Notes: generated from the letters alone by a model not told the origin. Shown: positions 48,780 to 59,272, counted from the first letter of the stretch. The stretch: DNA of 64,000 nt from Candidatus Altiarchaeales archaeon (GCA_014727915.1 WJMO01000006.1:65376-129375); one strand, 5' to 3'. Numbers and translations: made by a program.

Positions 48780-49991
48780 TTAGGGGCAAACTAACGCCTC
48801 TTTAACCAATGTTCGGTTTTCTGACTTCTTAAATTTGTTTTCGAGCCAGTTTCTAAACTCCTGATTCTTGTACAGTTCTATGAAGAATTTCCTGGCCTCC
48901 TGTTCCTCTTTCTCGATTGCTCCGAGGGCTTCATCGACTAGTGGTGTTGCGCATCGGTTGCAATACCAGCTGTCTGGTGTGTTAGTTTTGTTGCATTTGC
49001 CGCATTTCCGGGGTTCTCTCGTCTCCATTGGTTCTGGTGGTTTGATTCCGTTCATCCCCAGTATTACATCATCAACATCTCGGCCGCTCAGGTGGACGTA
49101 GGTTGCGGCCATGTCTGAGCCCATTATCCATCCAAAGAACGCGCATAGTTGGCTTTCAGTCATTATTTTCGCGAGTTCTGTTGCTCGGCTGTGTCGGAAG
49201 TTGTGCGGGTGGCATTTGGCAGATGGAATGGCTGCGGCTTTTGCGTTTCTTTTTATCATCAATCGTATTGCATCATATCTCATGGGATTCTTGTATTGGA
49301 AGTCTAGCCAAAGGGGTGCGTCCATGTCGTCGCCGTGGGGGTGGTTCCTAATCCAGACCCTGAGGTATTGTTCTGGCTCCAAAACCAATATGCTCCTGGC
49401 TCCCGTCTTCCCCTTATGGACGTGTATCCTTGCCCCATTCTCCTCAAACACTATGTCCTTTACTCGGAGGGATCCGAGTTCACCAACTCTCAAACCTCCA
49501 TAATAAAGTAGGGATATTATGGCTCTGTCTCGGTCGAATTTACACGCCCTGATAATGGCGTCTACTTCCCCTATTGCTATCAGCTGTTCTGGAAGCTTCC
49601 GGTCCCTCCTCTTGACAGAGCATTTTATGAATTCTACCTTTTCGGGAGCTTTCCCGCCGTTCATTACCTTATAGAATTTCTTTATCCCTACTTTCAGGTC
49701 CTTCTTTGTGTGTGCAGCGGAGTCACAGAAATTTATGGTAGTCACCAGCTCCCGGAGGTCTTTCTCAGTCGCGTCCAAAAAGTCAAAATTGTAGTCTGAT
49801 AACTTCATGATTTTGCCATATATGGCATAGTATTTGCGGATGCGCATTTCCCCAATATTCTCTGAAGCTATCAGGTTGACGAACTCGTTTATGGCGTCTT
49901 TGTTTTTCTGGGTGATTCTTGGGTCTTGGTTGAACTTGTTCTTTTCGTAGCCTATGCCGTATTTGCCCCGGTAGATAGAGTTAGCGTCCAT
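48780..49991 (-). CDS. int: tyrosine recombinase / integrase (XerC/D-phage integrase family) with C-terminal zinc ribbon
   Basis: HNFRHSRAT (HxxR) and ATYVHLSG (catalytic Tyr) motifs; CGKCNKT...CNRC ribbon; gene abuts tRNA 3' end. Confidence 0.85.
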   Translation of the reverse strand: MDANSIYRGKYGIGYEKNKFNQDPRITQKNKDAINEFVNLIASENIGEMRIRKYYAIYGKIMKLSDYNFDFLDATEKDLRELVTTINFCDSAAHTKKDLKVGIKKFYKVMNGGKAPEKVEFIKCSVKRRDRKLPEQLIAIGEVDAIIRACKFDRDRAIISLLYYGGLRVGELGSLRVKDIVFEENGARIHVHKGKTGARSILVLEPEQYLRVWIRNHPHGDDMDAPLWLDFQYKNPMRYDAIRLMIKRNAKAAAIPSAKCHPHNFRHSRATELAKIMTESQLCAFFGWIMGSDMAATYVHLSGRDVDDVILGMNGIKPPEPMETREPRKCGKCNKTNTPDSWYCNRCATPLVDEALGAIEKEEQEARKFFIELYKNQEFRNWLENKFKKSENRTLVKEALVCP

Positions 49992-50333
49992 CCTCCCTCA
50001 AAAGCCGGCAGGCTTCCTCCCAGGACAATCCAAAGCCCTGAATAAGCCTCCGGAACAGTGTTATATGCTCTGGCAGGGTCTTCTCCAGTAAAATCTCATA
50101 CTGCTCTTCCACACATACATATAGGACGAGATTCGACTTGTCCTTACTGCAAAAACCTATAGATTCCACGTACACACGTGAGACACACACCTATAAAAAC
50201 TAGTAGGACTCTGCAGTAGAAGACCAATAGCTTAACTTCTTCTAATAGGTTGGCAGATGCGTTTCAAATATAGATAGGTGCAAGTATTCTGCTGGATTTG
50301 TCCTTTTTTATGGTTACTATCAATGTTTTTCAT

Positions 50334-51977
50334 ATGCAAATATCTTATGCTCATTGGATATCTGTGATATTTCTCTTATGCGCTTTTTCAGGTTGTGTTT
50401 CTGAAGATGTCAAAGATAATACTAACCTGTCGGAGGAGGTAGGTACTGGGAGTTCACCCTTGGATGAATACCTAGCCACCTATGACCGTTTGTTCGTCCA
50501 TGGGAGGGAGATAAATGCATCGTTTAACCGTTTGGATCTTCTTCAGACTCAGCGGGTTAATCTGTTCACTGACTTAGAGAACCTTGCTGGCAGCCCAAGG
50601 GTAATGCACAGTGAGGCTGAGATGGAGGAATTTCAGTCCCAAGTAGACGATATTCTCCAAAATATCAGCGACGTATTGAGTGCCGAGCGGGAGACATTGG
50701 ACCTGCTTGAGATGCAGGCTAGCCAACGGGAGGAGTATATACGCAATCTGAGCGCCAAGTCAGCAGGTCTTGATTCGGAGCGCATGCAATACGCCGATAA
50801 GATTGGCGAATACTTCCAGAAATCGAATGTCCGCCTGATGGAGTTTGTATCCCATTACCAGAACCATGTGCGTCTGACTAATGAAAGCCTGCAGAGGATT
50901 ATACGCCGGGAAGGCAGCAGCGGCTACCCTGAAGAGCGTGTAAACACGGCAATTCTCATAAGAAAGAGTCATAGGCAGATGAATGAGTTGATAATACTCG
51001 GCAAAGACGAATACGCCAAATTGCTCCAGACAGCTGACACCCCCATAAACAAGTCCATAGTGAAGGTCTATATCTGCCCAGATGAGAGGGAAGTAGGCGA
51101 TATCGAAGAATGCGGGCTGACGGAAAACGACCTGACCTACATTAACCTCGCCAAGAAACTGCTGGAATGCGACGAAATACCCGAAGGCGAAGAGAACACC
51201 AAATGCTACTACGACGCCATAGTGCCGTTCTACAACATCTCCCTGTGCGAAATAATCGGAGATACCGAATGGAGAAATGGGAACATATGGAAGGGATACT
51301 GCTACGCCGACATAGCCAAACACTACAACAACGAGTCAATCTGCGCCAAAGGCAAGGACTGGGTTCGAGTTGAGTACTGCTATGAGATGGTAGCCCGGAA
51401 AAAACAAGACATAACAGTCTGCGAAAACATCAAAGAGGACCGTCGTAGCATGTGCTATATGTACATAGGCTTGGACAAACGAGACAAGGACATCTGCAAT
51501 ATGATACCTAGAGACGACATAAGAGAAAGCTGCCTTGACAAAATCGGAGGAAACAAACCGGATGCTGGAGCAACTGATGATTCCAAATCTGACAGCCAGG
51601 TCCTTGGCCTAGAGCCCCAGCACATACTAGGCGTTAATATGCCCCCTGAAGAAGGTCTTAGAGTACTTGAGATTATAGCCGTGCCGAGGAAAAACAGTGA
51701 ACCCCTGCATCTACCCCCAGTAACAATACAGGTGACAGCCAGCGATGAAGACATATACTTGAATCACAGCTTCCAGTCAATAAAGCAGGGCACAGCCTAC
51801 AGGGAAGGCTACCTGTCACAAGGAGACATCATAATGATAACCATAAACCTCAAAGAAGCCGTCAAAGAAAACCAGAAACTCAAAATCAAGATAATCCCAG
51901 AAACAGGCACAACCACAATTGCAGAACCCGCCACACCCCAACAGATAATCACCCAAAGAACCAACATCTGGCCATAA
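50334..51977 (+). CDS. secreted lipoprotein: coiled-coil N-half, Cys-rich C-half
   Basis: Lipobox LLCAFSGC (start placed at internal Met 50334); heptad-like region; 20+ Cys in C-terminal half. Confidence 0.45.
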   Translation: MQISYAHWISVIFLLCAFSGCVSEDVKDNTNLSEEVGTGSSPLDEYLATYDRLFVHGREINASFNRLDLLQTQRVNLFTDLENLAGSPRVMHSEAEMEEFQSQVDDILQNISDVLSAERETLDLLEMQASQREEYIRNLSAKSAGLDSERMQYADKIGEYFQKSNVRLMEFVSHYQNHVRLTNESLQRIIRREGSSGYPEERVNTAILIRKSHRQMNELIILGKDEYAKLLQTADTPINKSIVKVYICPDEREVGDIEECGLTENDLTYINLAKKLLECDEIPEGEENTKCYYDAIVPFYNISLCEIIGDTEWRNGNIWKGYCYADIAKHYNNESICAKGKDWVRVEYCYEMVARKKQDITVCENIKEDRRSMCYMYIGLDKRDKDICNMIPRDDIRESCLDKIGGNKPDAGATDDSKSDSQVLGLEPQHILGVNMPPEEGLRVLEIIAVPRKNSEPLHLPPVTIQVTASDEDIYLNHSFQSIKQGTAYREGYLSQGDIIMITINLKEAVKENQKLKIKIIPETGTTTIAEPATPQQIITQRTNIWP

Positions 51978-52522
51978 GAGAGATTTGATTAAGCGGGTCT
52001 TGTGAAGCTCTGTTTTGGAATCAGGGCTTGTTTCACTGCCTGTTTTTGTGTCAGGGCCTAACCGCTGTTGTTTGTACAGCCATGTACAGCGGAAATGCTC
52101 AGAAGGGCAAACAAAGCTCAACAGTCAATTTTCAAAATCTGCATATATTCACCCCTAAGCATAGGTGATTCTACTGCTTGGATGTCTACATCAGAATATC
52201 TACTTCAAAAAATAGGAGGGGATAATCTGGGCAGAAAACAAGGGATGAATCATTGCCTGAAGTAAATTCAGGGGTTTGTTCACTGCCAGTATTGGTTTCT
52301 GGTTGTATTGGGAGCTGTTGGAGCTACAGTGAGCTACATGAGCTATAGTAATTGGAAAACATAGCCTGATTAAAGGAGTTTGTTTGGAGCAAATCATCCC
52401 CCCTATTTCCAGCAGGCGAGCAATTAATCCACTATACGAAAGACAGACGGGTTAGGGTTATTCATAGCACTTTAGCTGCTAAAACATGTTTAAACATAAT
52501 TTAGGATATTTAAACCGCTTAT

Positions 52523-54406
52523 ATGAATATTATCCAAGGTGGTGGAATGATGGTCCGGTCTGATTCTAAGGTTATAGGCTACCTTTCCCTGCTTCTCATC
52601 TTCTCCTTAGGCTCCATATTGGTTGAATCAACTTCCCCAGCCTCCTCCACCCTCGACGACAACACAATCCTGATCACATCAACCACGCTTTTACCAACTA
52701 CTACGACGTTGGAGGAAACCACCACCTCCACAGTTAAAGACTCAACCTCAACCACCACACTCCCTACACTATCCTCCGGGGATAAGTTATCTGAAGACTA
52801 TAAGAAAGATAATCACGCATATAATGTGGTATTGAAGTCTGAACCACGCGATTACACTATCGAATTCATAGTCCACGATGTTCCAGTCAAGATTAGTCAC
52901 CATAATTTGAATGGGGGTGGTGTTGAGGTGAGTCCTAGTTTTGACATGCGCTACATCAGCGACGACACCATCGAATACAGGAACATGTACGGAGATGGAA
53001 TCAACACCCAATATGAGTTAACGAGTAATCTGATAAAGGAGAACATCATCTTGGAAGATGACGAATATATCGAATCCACCGGCCTTTCTTCGTCAACCAT
53101 GAGCATTGAGTTTTCAATCATTAACCCGGAATTTATTGTGCCCAGCTTAGACGGCAAAACCGAATGGAAAGGAGACGTGAAAACAACAGGGGAGGATATC
53201 TTCTTCATCAGAAAGAAGGAACCCCACAGACTATATGCAGTAAACAGATTCTACAGGGTTAAAGCACCCTACCTTGAGGATGCGGATGATCGGAGAGTTG
53301 ATTTGACGTACACAATGAAGAATGTGGAGGGGAAATTGTTGTTAACCCTGGATATTCCCCCAATATTAGGTGAATTAGAGTACCCGGTTGTCGTTGACCC
53401 CTCTGTCTATCTTGACACCAGCCACGACGGCTTTGAGTGGATTAACGAAGACGACTGCAACACATACGACAGCTGGTGTGACAACTACGAATCCGAAAAC
53501 AACATGCAATTCAGGATACCAAACGACTGCTCCACCGACGGACAGGTCAGTAAGCCAACGTTCAGGTTCGACACAAACGGATTAGACGATGAACACTACG
53601 GTGATGTAGTAGCTGCAGACCTGCATATTGAAGGAACATGCGGCGGACAGAGTAGCCTAGACCCAGATGAATGGGTTTTATTATATGAAGTAACCGAGTT
53701 CGAAGGCACACCCGCATGTGAAGGAGAGAACGCACCCGATAAAGTAGGGGTGTCGATTGCGACATTAATGTCCGACTACTACTGCGCTGGAACTAAAGAA
53801 AAGGATATAACAGACGAATTCACCACCGCAGTGGAAAACGAACAAAACATCTCCTTCCAAATAGACCTTGACCCAAGCCGAAACTCAACATACGAACCCA
53901 CATACGACATAAAATACGACATATCAGATTCAAACCTTTACATAGAATATTGGTTCGACTGCGAAGTCTATGATGACTGCGCAGACCCAAGTGAATTCTG
54001 CTGGGACGACTCCGGCGGACTATGCCAAGACGACCTACAATACGGAGAATCATGCGAAGACATCGCCACAGACAACGACAACTACGCCTGCCAAAACAAC
54101 AACTGCGAACTAGATGACTTTGATGGCCTGGGAGCATACTGCACAGAAGACAACAAATGCACCCACGACGGAACACAATACACCACAGGCCAAATACACT
54201 GCAACCAAACAACCGGAAACAGCTACTGGAAAAACTGCACAGGAACCAACTGGAGCACCCAAACAAACTGCACCTACGGCTGCACCGAAAACACAGGCTG
54301 CGCCACCACAACCACAACAACAACCACCAGCACAACAACAACCACAACACTAGAAGGAGATATCAGCGTATCAAAAAATCAAATCACAATCACGGTGATA
54401 AAATGA
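52523..54406 (+). CDS. secreted protein with Thr-rich linkers and C-terminal Cys-rich domain
   Basis: N-terminal TM/signal; TTLLPTTTTLEETTTST and TTTTTTTSTTTTTT runs. Confidence 0.5.
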   Translation: MNIIQGGGMMVRSDSKVIGYLSLLLIFSLGSILVESTSPASSTLDDNTILITSTTLLPTTTTLEETTTSTVKDSTSTTTLPTLSSGDKLSEDYKKDNHAYNVVLKSEPRDYTIEFIVHDVPVKISHHNLNGGGVEVSPSFDMRYISDDTIEYRNMYGDGINTQYELTSNLIKENIILEDDEYIESTGLSSSTMSIEFSIINPEFIVPSLDGKTEWKGDVKTTGEDIFFIRKKEPHRLYAVNRFYRVKAPYLEDADDRRVDLTYTMKNVEGKLLLTLDIPPILGELEYPVVVDPSVYLDTSHDGFEWINEDDCNTYDSWCDNYESENNMQFRIPNDCSTDGQVSKPTFRFDTNGLDDEHYGDVVAADLHIEGTCGGQSSLDPDEWVLLYEVTEFEGTPACEGENAPDKVGVSIATLMSDYYCAGTKEKDITDEFTTAVENEQNISFQIDLDPSRNSTYEPTYDIKYDISDSNLYIEYWFDCEVYDDCADPSEFCWDDSGGLCQDDLQYGESCEDIATDNDNYACQNNNCELDDFDGLGAYCTEDNKCTHDGTQYTTGQIHCNQTTGNSYWKNCTGTNWSTQTNCTYGCTENTGCATTTTTTTTSTTTTTTLEGDISVSKNQITITVIK

Positions 54407-55203
54407 GGATCCAAACCATATTCATACTAGCTGCATTAGTCATCAGCGGGTGCATTACGCCAGAAAAACAGACAACAACGACCACAATTTTGACTACAAG
54501 CACCATTGGTTATCGCTCAACTACATCTACACTAACCAAATCAACAACCACTACTGTAACCACAACGTTATTCACTACCCCAACAACCCTCATGACTAGT
54601 TGGGGGACGATAAGTGGGCGGGTGATAGAGACTACATATATCCGCGATAATTTTTGTCAATTCTCCGATGTATCTTTATGTGTCAACAACTCCAATGATG
54701 TTAGCACTTCAGTCTCAAACGTATCCAATGTCAGAGTTGTTTTATTCCATAATTTGTCGTATATGAATGAAACACAAACTAACCATTTTGGAGAGTTTTC
54801 TTTCTACGCTAAAACGGACAATTATGGCATACTATTCTACAAAAATGGTCATGCATACATTTACAACCAGGATATCAATAGGGATTGGGAACATAAACAG
54901 ATTGTGGAAAATATCGTCCCCCAGGGGAATAGCCAAGAACCGATAATTTTTGACATAGGACGCGAAAAGCCAGACTTTACAGAAGGAGTAATATATGTCG
55001 CCTTAAAGAACAATTCCCTCATGCCCGAAGAGATTAATAAGACCGCATTGAAGTATGGGTGTGAGTATGTGTCTAAAAATCGGCTAGGATTTGTCCGACT
55101 AAAAACACCCTCGGATCAAACAGAATTAGAGATTCAAAAAAAACTCTCTAATGACCCGAATTTTCAGCAGCCATTCCTAGATTCGCTCACATCAACCATA
55201 TGA
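54403..55203 (+). CDS. lipoprotein with Thr-rich stalk and I9-propeptide-like C-terminal segment
   Basis: Start ATG 54403 overlaps previous stop (ATGA); lipobox VISGC; the ORF-track 54157 start adds a spurious His/Asn-rich extension. Confidence 0.45.
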   Translation: MRIQTIFILAALVISGCITPEKQTTTTTILTTSTIGYRSTTSTLTKSTTTTVTTTLFTTPTTLMTSWGTISGRVIETTYIRDNFCQFSDVSLCVNNSNDVSTSVSNVSNVRVVLFHNLSYMNETQTNHFGEFSFYAKTDNYGILFYKNGHAYIYNQDINRDWEHKQIVENIVPQGNSQEPIIFDIGREKPDFTEGVIYVALKNNSLMPEEINKTALKYGCEYVSKNRLGFVRLKTPSDQTELEIQKKLSNDPNFQQPFLDSLTSTI

Positions 55204-55207
55204 TAAC

Positions 55208-55498
55208 ATGAAATTATTAACCACCATATACGTCTTAGCTATACTCAGCAGCTTAGCAATCCAGACCAGCGCGTCTAACGATTCGATTAGGTCAGCATGG
55301 GTTGATTCAGTATTATACAAACAACTAACAGAACAAAATGAAACCTTAGTCCTTGTGGTATTAAAAAATGATATCGGCCTAAAATTCCAGGGTAGCCTAC
55401 AGAACAAAAAGACAATCTATTTCACTAACCGCATAAATTATTTCAAAGATGAAGATGCTGTTCTCCAAACACTCCAGAAAGACGAATTCCTACCCTGA
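55208..55498 (+). CDS. small secreted protein, peptidase-inhibitor I9 (subtilisin propeptide)-like
   Basis: Signal peptide; VDSVLYKQLTEQNETLVLVVLKND similar in pattern to N-terminal propeptide of the subtilase downstream. Confidence 0.4.
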   Translation: MKLLTTIYVLAILSSLAIQTSASNDSIRSAWVDSVLYKQLTEQNETLVLVVLKNDIGLKFQGSLQNKKTIYFTNRINYFKDEDAVLQTLQKDEFLP

Positions 55499-55682
55499 CA
55501 ATAAACAGGCCCCAACGCATGTTCCCTTTACATGCAACAACATGACCCACTAGCCTTCAAGCCAAACAAAGCCCAAACCCAGGAGTAAACTCTAAGAATA
55601 TATCTATGTCCACTATGGATTCAGGCCTGTAAATAGCCGCCTTGAGGATAGAAATGGAATAAATTAACCATAATGCTTAAAC

Positions 55683-56279
55683 ATGGCTTTTAAAGGCCTT
55701 TTTTTAATGGGTTTATCTGGTGGTTGGATGATGTATCATAAGGCTTATGTTTTAGCGTTTTGCGTTATCTTATGTGGTTGTTTACAGTCAGAAGACAGTT
55801 CTACTACGTTAACCTCTACGAGCAGTACACTACCTCAATCCACTACTACTAACCCGTCCACAACTCTTAAATTACCTCCCTCAACCACTACAACAACATT
55901 ACATTCTAGAGAAAATGGTTCCATCATTTATCCCAACCAGGAGATTAGAGAGGACATAAATAAGATAATTATTATGTTTAATGATGAAGTTTTAGACAAT
56001 ATCACTGCTAAAGTCAAATATAATGCAAGTCATCCAAACGAAAAATTTGATAAATATTTCATATATGATTTGCAATTAGAAACTGAAAAAGAATACGGTG
56101 TTAAAAATCTAACAAGGAGATACTATTCACTAATCAATGGTGGCTCCGTCACCATTTCATACGATGAGAATCTATCCGATGCAGATAAGAAAATAGCAGG
56201 CGATAAACTCCTCAATAACCTAGATAATAGATGGTATACTAAAAACGCTGGATACAATGTGATAGGTACTTACACATGA
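55683..56279 (+). CDS. lipoprotein with Thr/Ser-rich stalk and I9-like C-terminal segment
   Basis: Lipobox ILCGC; RRYYSLINGGSVTISYDENLSD resembles TRYSLINGFSGYVTKEGLKKLE of the subtilase propeptide. Confidence 0.4.
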   Translation: MAFKGLFLMGLSGGWMMYHKAYVLAFCVILCGCLQSEDSSTTLTSTSSTLPQSTTTNPSTTLKLPPSTTTTTLHSRENGSIIYPNQEIREDINKIIIMFNDEVLDNITAKVKYNASHPNEKFDKYFIYDLQLETEKEYGVKNLTRRYYSLINGGSVTISYDENLSDADKKIAGDKLLNNLDNRWYTKNAGYNVIGTYT

Positions 56280-58087
56280 AAATAAAAAGTATATTCTTAG
56301 TGTTGGTAACTACAGGTCTACTTATTTCACATGTTCATGCAGTCAATAACGATAAAACAAGAGTTATAGACAAAACAGTATATGAAAAAGTAGAAAAAGA
56401 TGGTGAAGCTTTTGTAATCATTATCTTGAATAGGATTAACAAAACTAAAACTCGTTGGAAAACAGAAACTCAACGGATTAACATACTGTCTGACAAGAAG
56501 AACAAGATTTTTCAGAGTCAGGAAAAACTTTTGTCTTCATTATCTGTAAATGAATTCAGGATAAAGACAAGGTATAGTCTTATAAATGGTTTTTCAGGTT
56601 ATGTCACAAAAGAGGGGTTAAAAAAATTAGAGAACAATGAAGATATTGTTAGCGTCTATCTTAATAGAAGAGGAGAATACAATCTTGCAGAGAGCATACC
56701 TATAATCAGAGCAAATGATACATGGAGCACGAATGTGGGTAGTAACAATATTACTGGCTTGAATATTGGTGTATGCGTTATTGATTCTGGGGTTAATTAT
56801 AGTCACGCAGACCTGGGAGGCTGTAGCGACGCTCAATATCTTAATGGTGAGTGTAGTAAAGTTATAGCAGGTTTTGATACGTTTGAAGATATACCTATTC
56901 CAAGAGATACTGTTGGACATGGCACTATGATAGCAGGAATTGTTGGAGCAAACGGTAATCTAAAAGGAGTTGCCCCAAATGTAGGCATAGTAGCCTTAAA
57001 AATTGGCGATGCCTGGGATGAAGACGCTGCCAACGAGGCATTAGAATGGTGCACAAGTAACAAATCAAAATATAACATAACAGTGCTAACCTTAAATATA
57101 AAGTATAACAGTACAGAAGAGGATAATTGCTATCCGGATTCTGGATTATGCCTTGAGATTAAAGAAGCATATGAGAACGGCATCTTTGTTGCTATGTCCT
57201 CTGGAAATGACGGTTATACAGATAAAATAGATTTCCCAGCATGTTGTGAAGGGGGCTTTTCGGTTGGAGCAACAACAGACGATGACCAAATAACTGGATT
57301 CACAAGTAGAAGCCAATATCTTGACTTATTGGCTCCAGGAAATACAATAAATTCTACAAGATGGTCTTCTGGTTTTTCCCCAACACCATGTATGGGTAGT
57401 TGCACATGCAATGAGGATTATATGGAATGCTGGGGAACATCATTTGCAGCACCACATGTTGCTGGAGTTGCAGCATTAATCACTCAAATCGATAATACAA
57501 TACTGCCTGATGATATAGGCTATATCCTAAAGGAAACTGGCGTCCCTATTTTTGACAATTCTACAAATTATACATTCCCTCGTGTTGATGCTTATAATGC
57601 TGCCTCAATGGCTTTAAGGAGTGATTTCTTTGATGTCTCAAACACAGGAGGTGCTAATTTGTCAGTCTATGCGATAAACAGTACTGACTCATGGATAAGC
57701 TCATTATATCCCCAATCATTTATTCTTGAACCCGGAGCAAATCAAACAGTAATGGTAACAGTAGATTTGCCAGATGACATGAATATCGGGAGTTATTCAA
57801 CAACTGTTGACATATACAGTAATGACCCCGATGAATCTTCTGTATCTGTCAGCATAAAATATCAGAAAATACACTACGGTTGCACAGGCATATGCCCCCC
57901 ACAAACAGGTGATTGGATAATCAACAACTACACAGCAATATGGTACAATGATACAGTGATAGATGGTGATATCAACATAAACTCAACCACATTGTTCCTT
58001 GGAGAACAAGAAACCAATCTAAGTGAAAAGAACCTTATCTTAAATGGTGAACTAAAATTGGACAATGGTGTTATAAGATTTGACTAA
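56276..58087 (+). CDS. subtilisin-like serine protease (peptidase S8) with N-terminal I9 propeptide
   Basis: Catalytic Asp (VIDSGVNYSHADLGG), His (HGTMIAGIVGA), Ser (GTSFAAPHVAGVAALI). Confidence 0.85.
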   Translation: MKIKSIFLVLVTTGLLISHVHAVNNDKTRVIDKTVYEKVEKDGEAFVIIILNRINKTKTRWKTETQRINILSDKKNKIFQSQEKLLSSLSVNEFRIKTRYSLINGFSGYVTKEGLKKLENNEDIVSVYLNRRGEYNLAESIPIIRANDTWSTNVGSNNITGLNIGVCVIDSGVNYSHADLGGCSDAQYLNGECSKVIAGFDTFEDIPIPRDTVGHGTMIAGIVGANGNLKGVAPNVGIVALKIGDAWDEDAANEALEWCTSNKSKYNITVLTLNIKYNSTEEDNCYPDSGLCLEIKEAYENGIFVAMSSGNDGYTDKIDFPACCEGGFSVGATTDDDQITGFTSRSQYLDLLAPGNTINSTRWSSGFSPTPCMGSCTCNEDYMECWGTSFAAPHVAGVAALITQIDNTILPDDIGYILKETGVPIFDNSTNYTFPRVDAYNAASMALRSDFFDVSNTGGANLSVYAINSTDSWISSLYPQSFILEPGANQTVMVTVDLPDDMNIGSYSTTVDIYSNDPDESSVSVSIKYQKIHYGCTGICPPQTGDWIINNYTAIWYNDTVIDGDININSTTLFLGEQETNLSEKNLILNGELKLDNGVIRFD

Positions 58088-58393
58088 AAAGCCCGATTAA
58101 TGCCCCAATATGGAAAAGAAGTCCGAGTATAATACATGCAAAACATTCCCCCTCACTATGAATCCCTTTAATGTGGGGCAATCACAGTGCATCATCGGCC
58201 TAGCCTGTTTGTTTTTGTAAGCCGTCTGTTTATTCTGGTGCAGCCTATTCAATTGATAGGCATATGGCTCTTTGGGGTGCTAGTGTTTTGGCGTAGATGG
58301 ACAAGTTAGGGGTTGTTGGCTCTTGTTGTTGGTCTTCTGTTGGTGGTTTCGACGGGAGCAAGAGGGGTCTTACGACCCCTTCTAATCCCCACA

Positions 58394-58425
58394 GTCGGGT
58401 TCGTGCCTGGATCCCGGCGGGAGCA
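58394..58425 (+). repeat. diverged copy of tRNA-Glu 3' segment (attR-like); a second 11-nt partial copy CGACGGGAGCA at 58350..58360
   Basis: Manual alignment to 48733..48760. Confidence 0.5.
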
Positions 58426-58446
58426 CAACTTCCCTTTCTATTTCTG

Positions 58447-59232
58447 TTATCCCATGAATTTTTTCATCATCATGATGATTGCTAGGGCTATGAATGTTAT
58501 GCCTATGGTTTTTGATAGTTTTTCGTCTGTGGTTTTGTTGGCGAATTTTGAGGCGGTGGCGGCTCCGATAATGCTTGCTGTTCCTGTGATTAGGATTTCC
58601 GGTAGGGGTGTTCCGGTGTGTATGAAGTGTCCGATGGCGCCGCTTAAGGCGATGAATGTCATTATGAGTACTGAGGTTCCTATGGCTGTTTTTACTTCGT
58701 ATCCTAGGATGAAGGTTAGGATGATGAGGATCATTATTCCCCCGCCCGCGCCGATGAAGCCGCAGATTACTCCGATGAGCAGTCCGAAAAATATTGATGA
58801 GAGTGTTTTGTTTCTCTTGAACACGTGAAGGTCGTGGTGTTCTCTGAATTCTTTTAGTCTTTCGTTTATCGGTTTTCGTATGAAGTTAACTCCCATGATT
58901 AGGATTGCGATTCCTGCGCCTCTGCCGAGGAGGGAATCTGGCATGTGGCTTGATAATATGCTTCCGAGGAAGGCACCGAATACCGCCATCACTGTTAATA
59001 TAATCCCGTTTTTCAGGTCAATGTGCTTGTACCGATAGTAATTAAGAGCAGATGTGCTTGACGCGAACACGTCTGTCGCAAGGCTTATCCCGATCGCCGT
59101 GAATGCTGGATAGTCCAGGAATGCGACGAGCATCGGCGTTACGATAACCGCCGCGGATGCTCCCACAAGGCCTGTCACGATCCCTGCGAAAAACCCAGCT
59201 ATTATGAGGAATACCGCCGATATCACGTCCAT
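58447..59232 (-). CDS. TauE/SafE (DUF81) family anion exporter/permease
   Basis: 261 aa, ~8 TM, GxGGG motifs (GLVGASAAV, GFIGAGGGIMI). Confidence 0.7.
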   Translation of the reverse strand: MDVISAVFLIIAGFFAGIVTGLVGASAAVIVTPMLVAFLDYPAFTAIGISLATDVFASSTSALNYYRYKHIDLKNGIILTVMAVFGAFLGSILSSHMPDSLLGRGAGIAILIMGVNFIRKPINERLKEFREHHDLHVFKRNKTLSSIFFGLLIGVICGFIGAGGGIMILIILTFILGYEVKTAIGTSVLIMTFIALSGAIGHFIHTGTPLPEILITGTASIIGAATASKFANKTTDEKLSKTIGITFIALAIIMMMKKFMG

Positions 59233-59272
59233 TGTTTTGTGTGAGTTTTTGATTTTTAGTGGATGGCAAGCA

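Larger units (their letters stand above)
48736..58425. mobile_element. putative integrated element / genomic island at tRNA-Glu: integrase + AT-rich cargo of secreted proteins and subtilase, bounded by tRNA 3' part and a diverged direct repeat of it
   Basis: Integrase adjacent to tRNA; 58394..58425 (GTCGGGTTCG..ATCCCGGCGGGAGCA) matches tRNA 3' segment 23/24 plus a 6-nt insertion; visibly lower GC than flanks. Confidence 0.5.

Noticed and set aside
49981-50190. 69-aa minus-strand ORF overlapping the integrase start
   Set aside because: No motif and it overlaps the integrase N-terminus. It could be a small regulator, but I cannot support it.
54290-54350. ACC/ACA-rich DNA repeat (also 25700-25800, 52680-52760)
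   Set aside because: These are coding Thr/Ser-rich linkers of secreted proteins, not CRISPR or satellite repeats. There are no regular spacer-repeat units.
54157-54402. N-terminal extension of ORF 54157..55203 (His/Asn/Arg-rich)
   Set aside because: It overlaps the preceding gene out of frame and reflects the low-complexity ACA/ACC Thr-codon run read in another frame. The real start is ATG 54403 with a lipoprotein signal.
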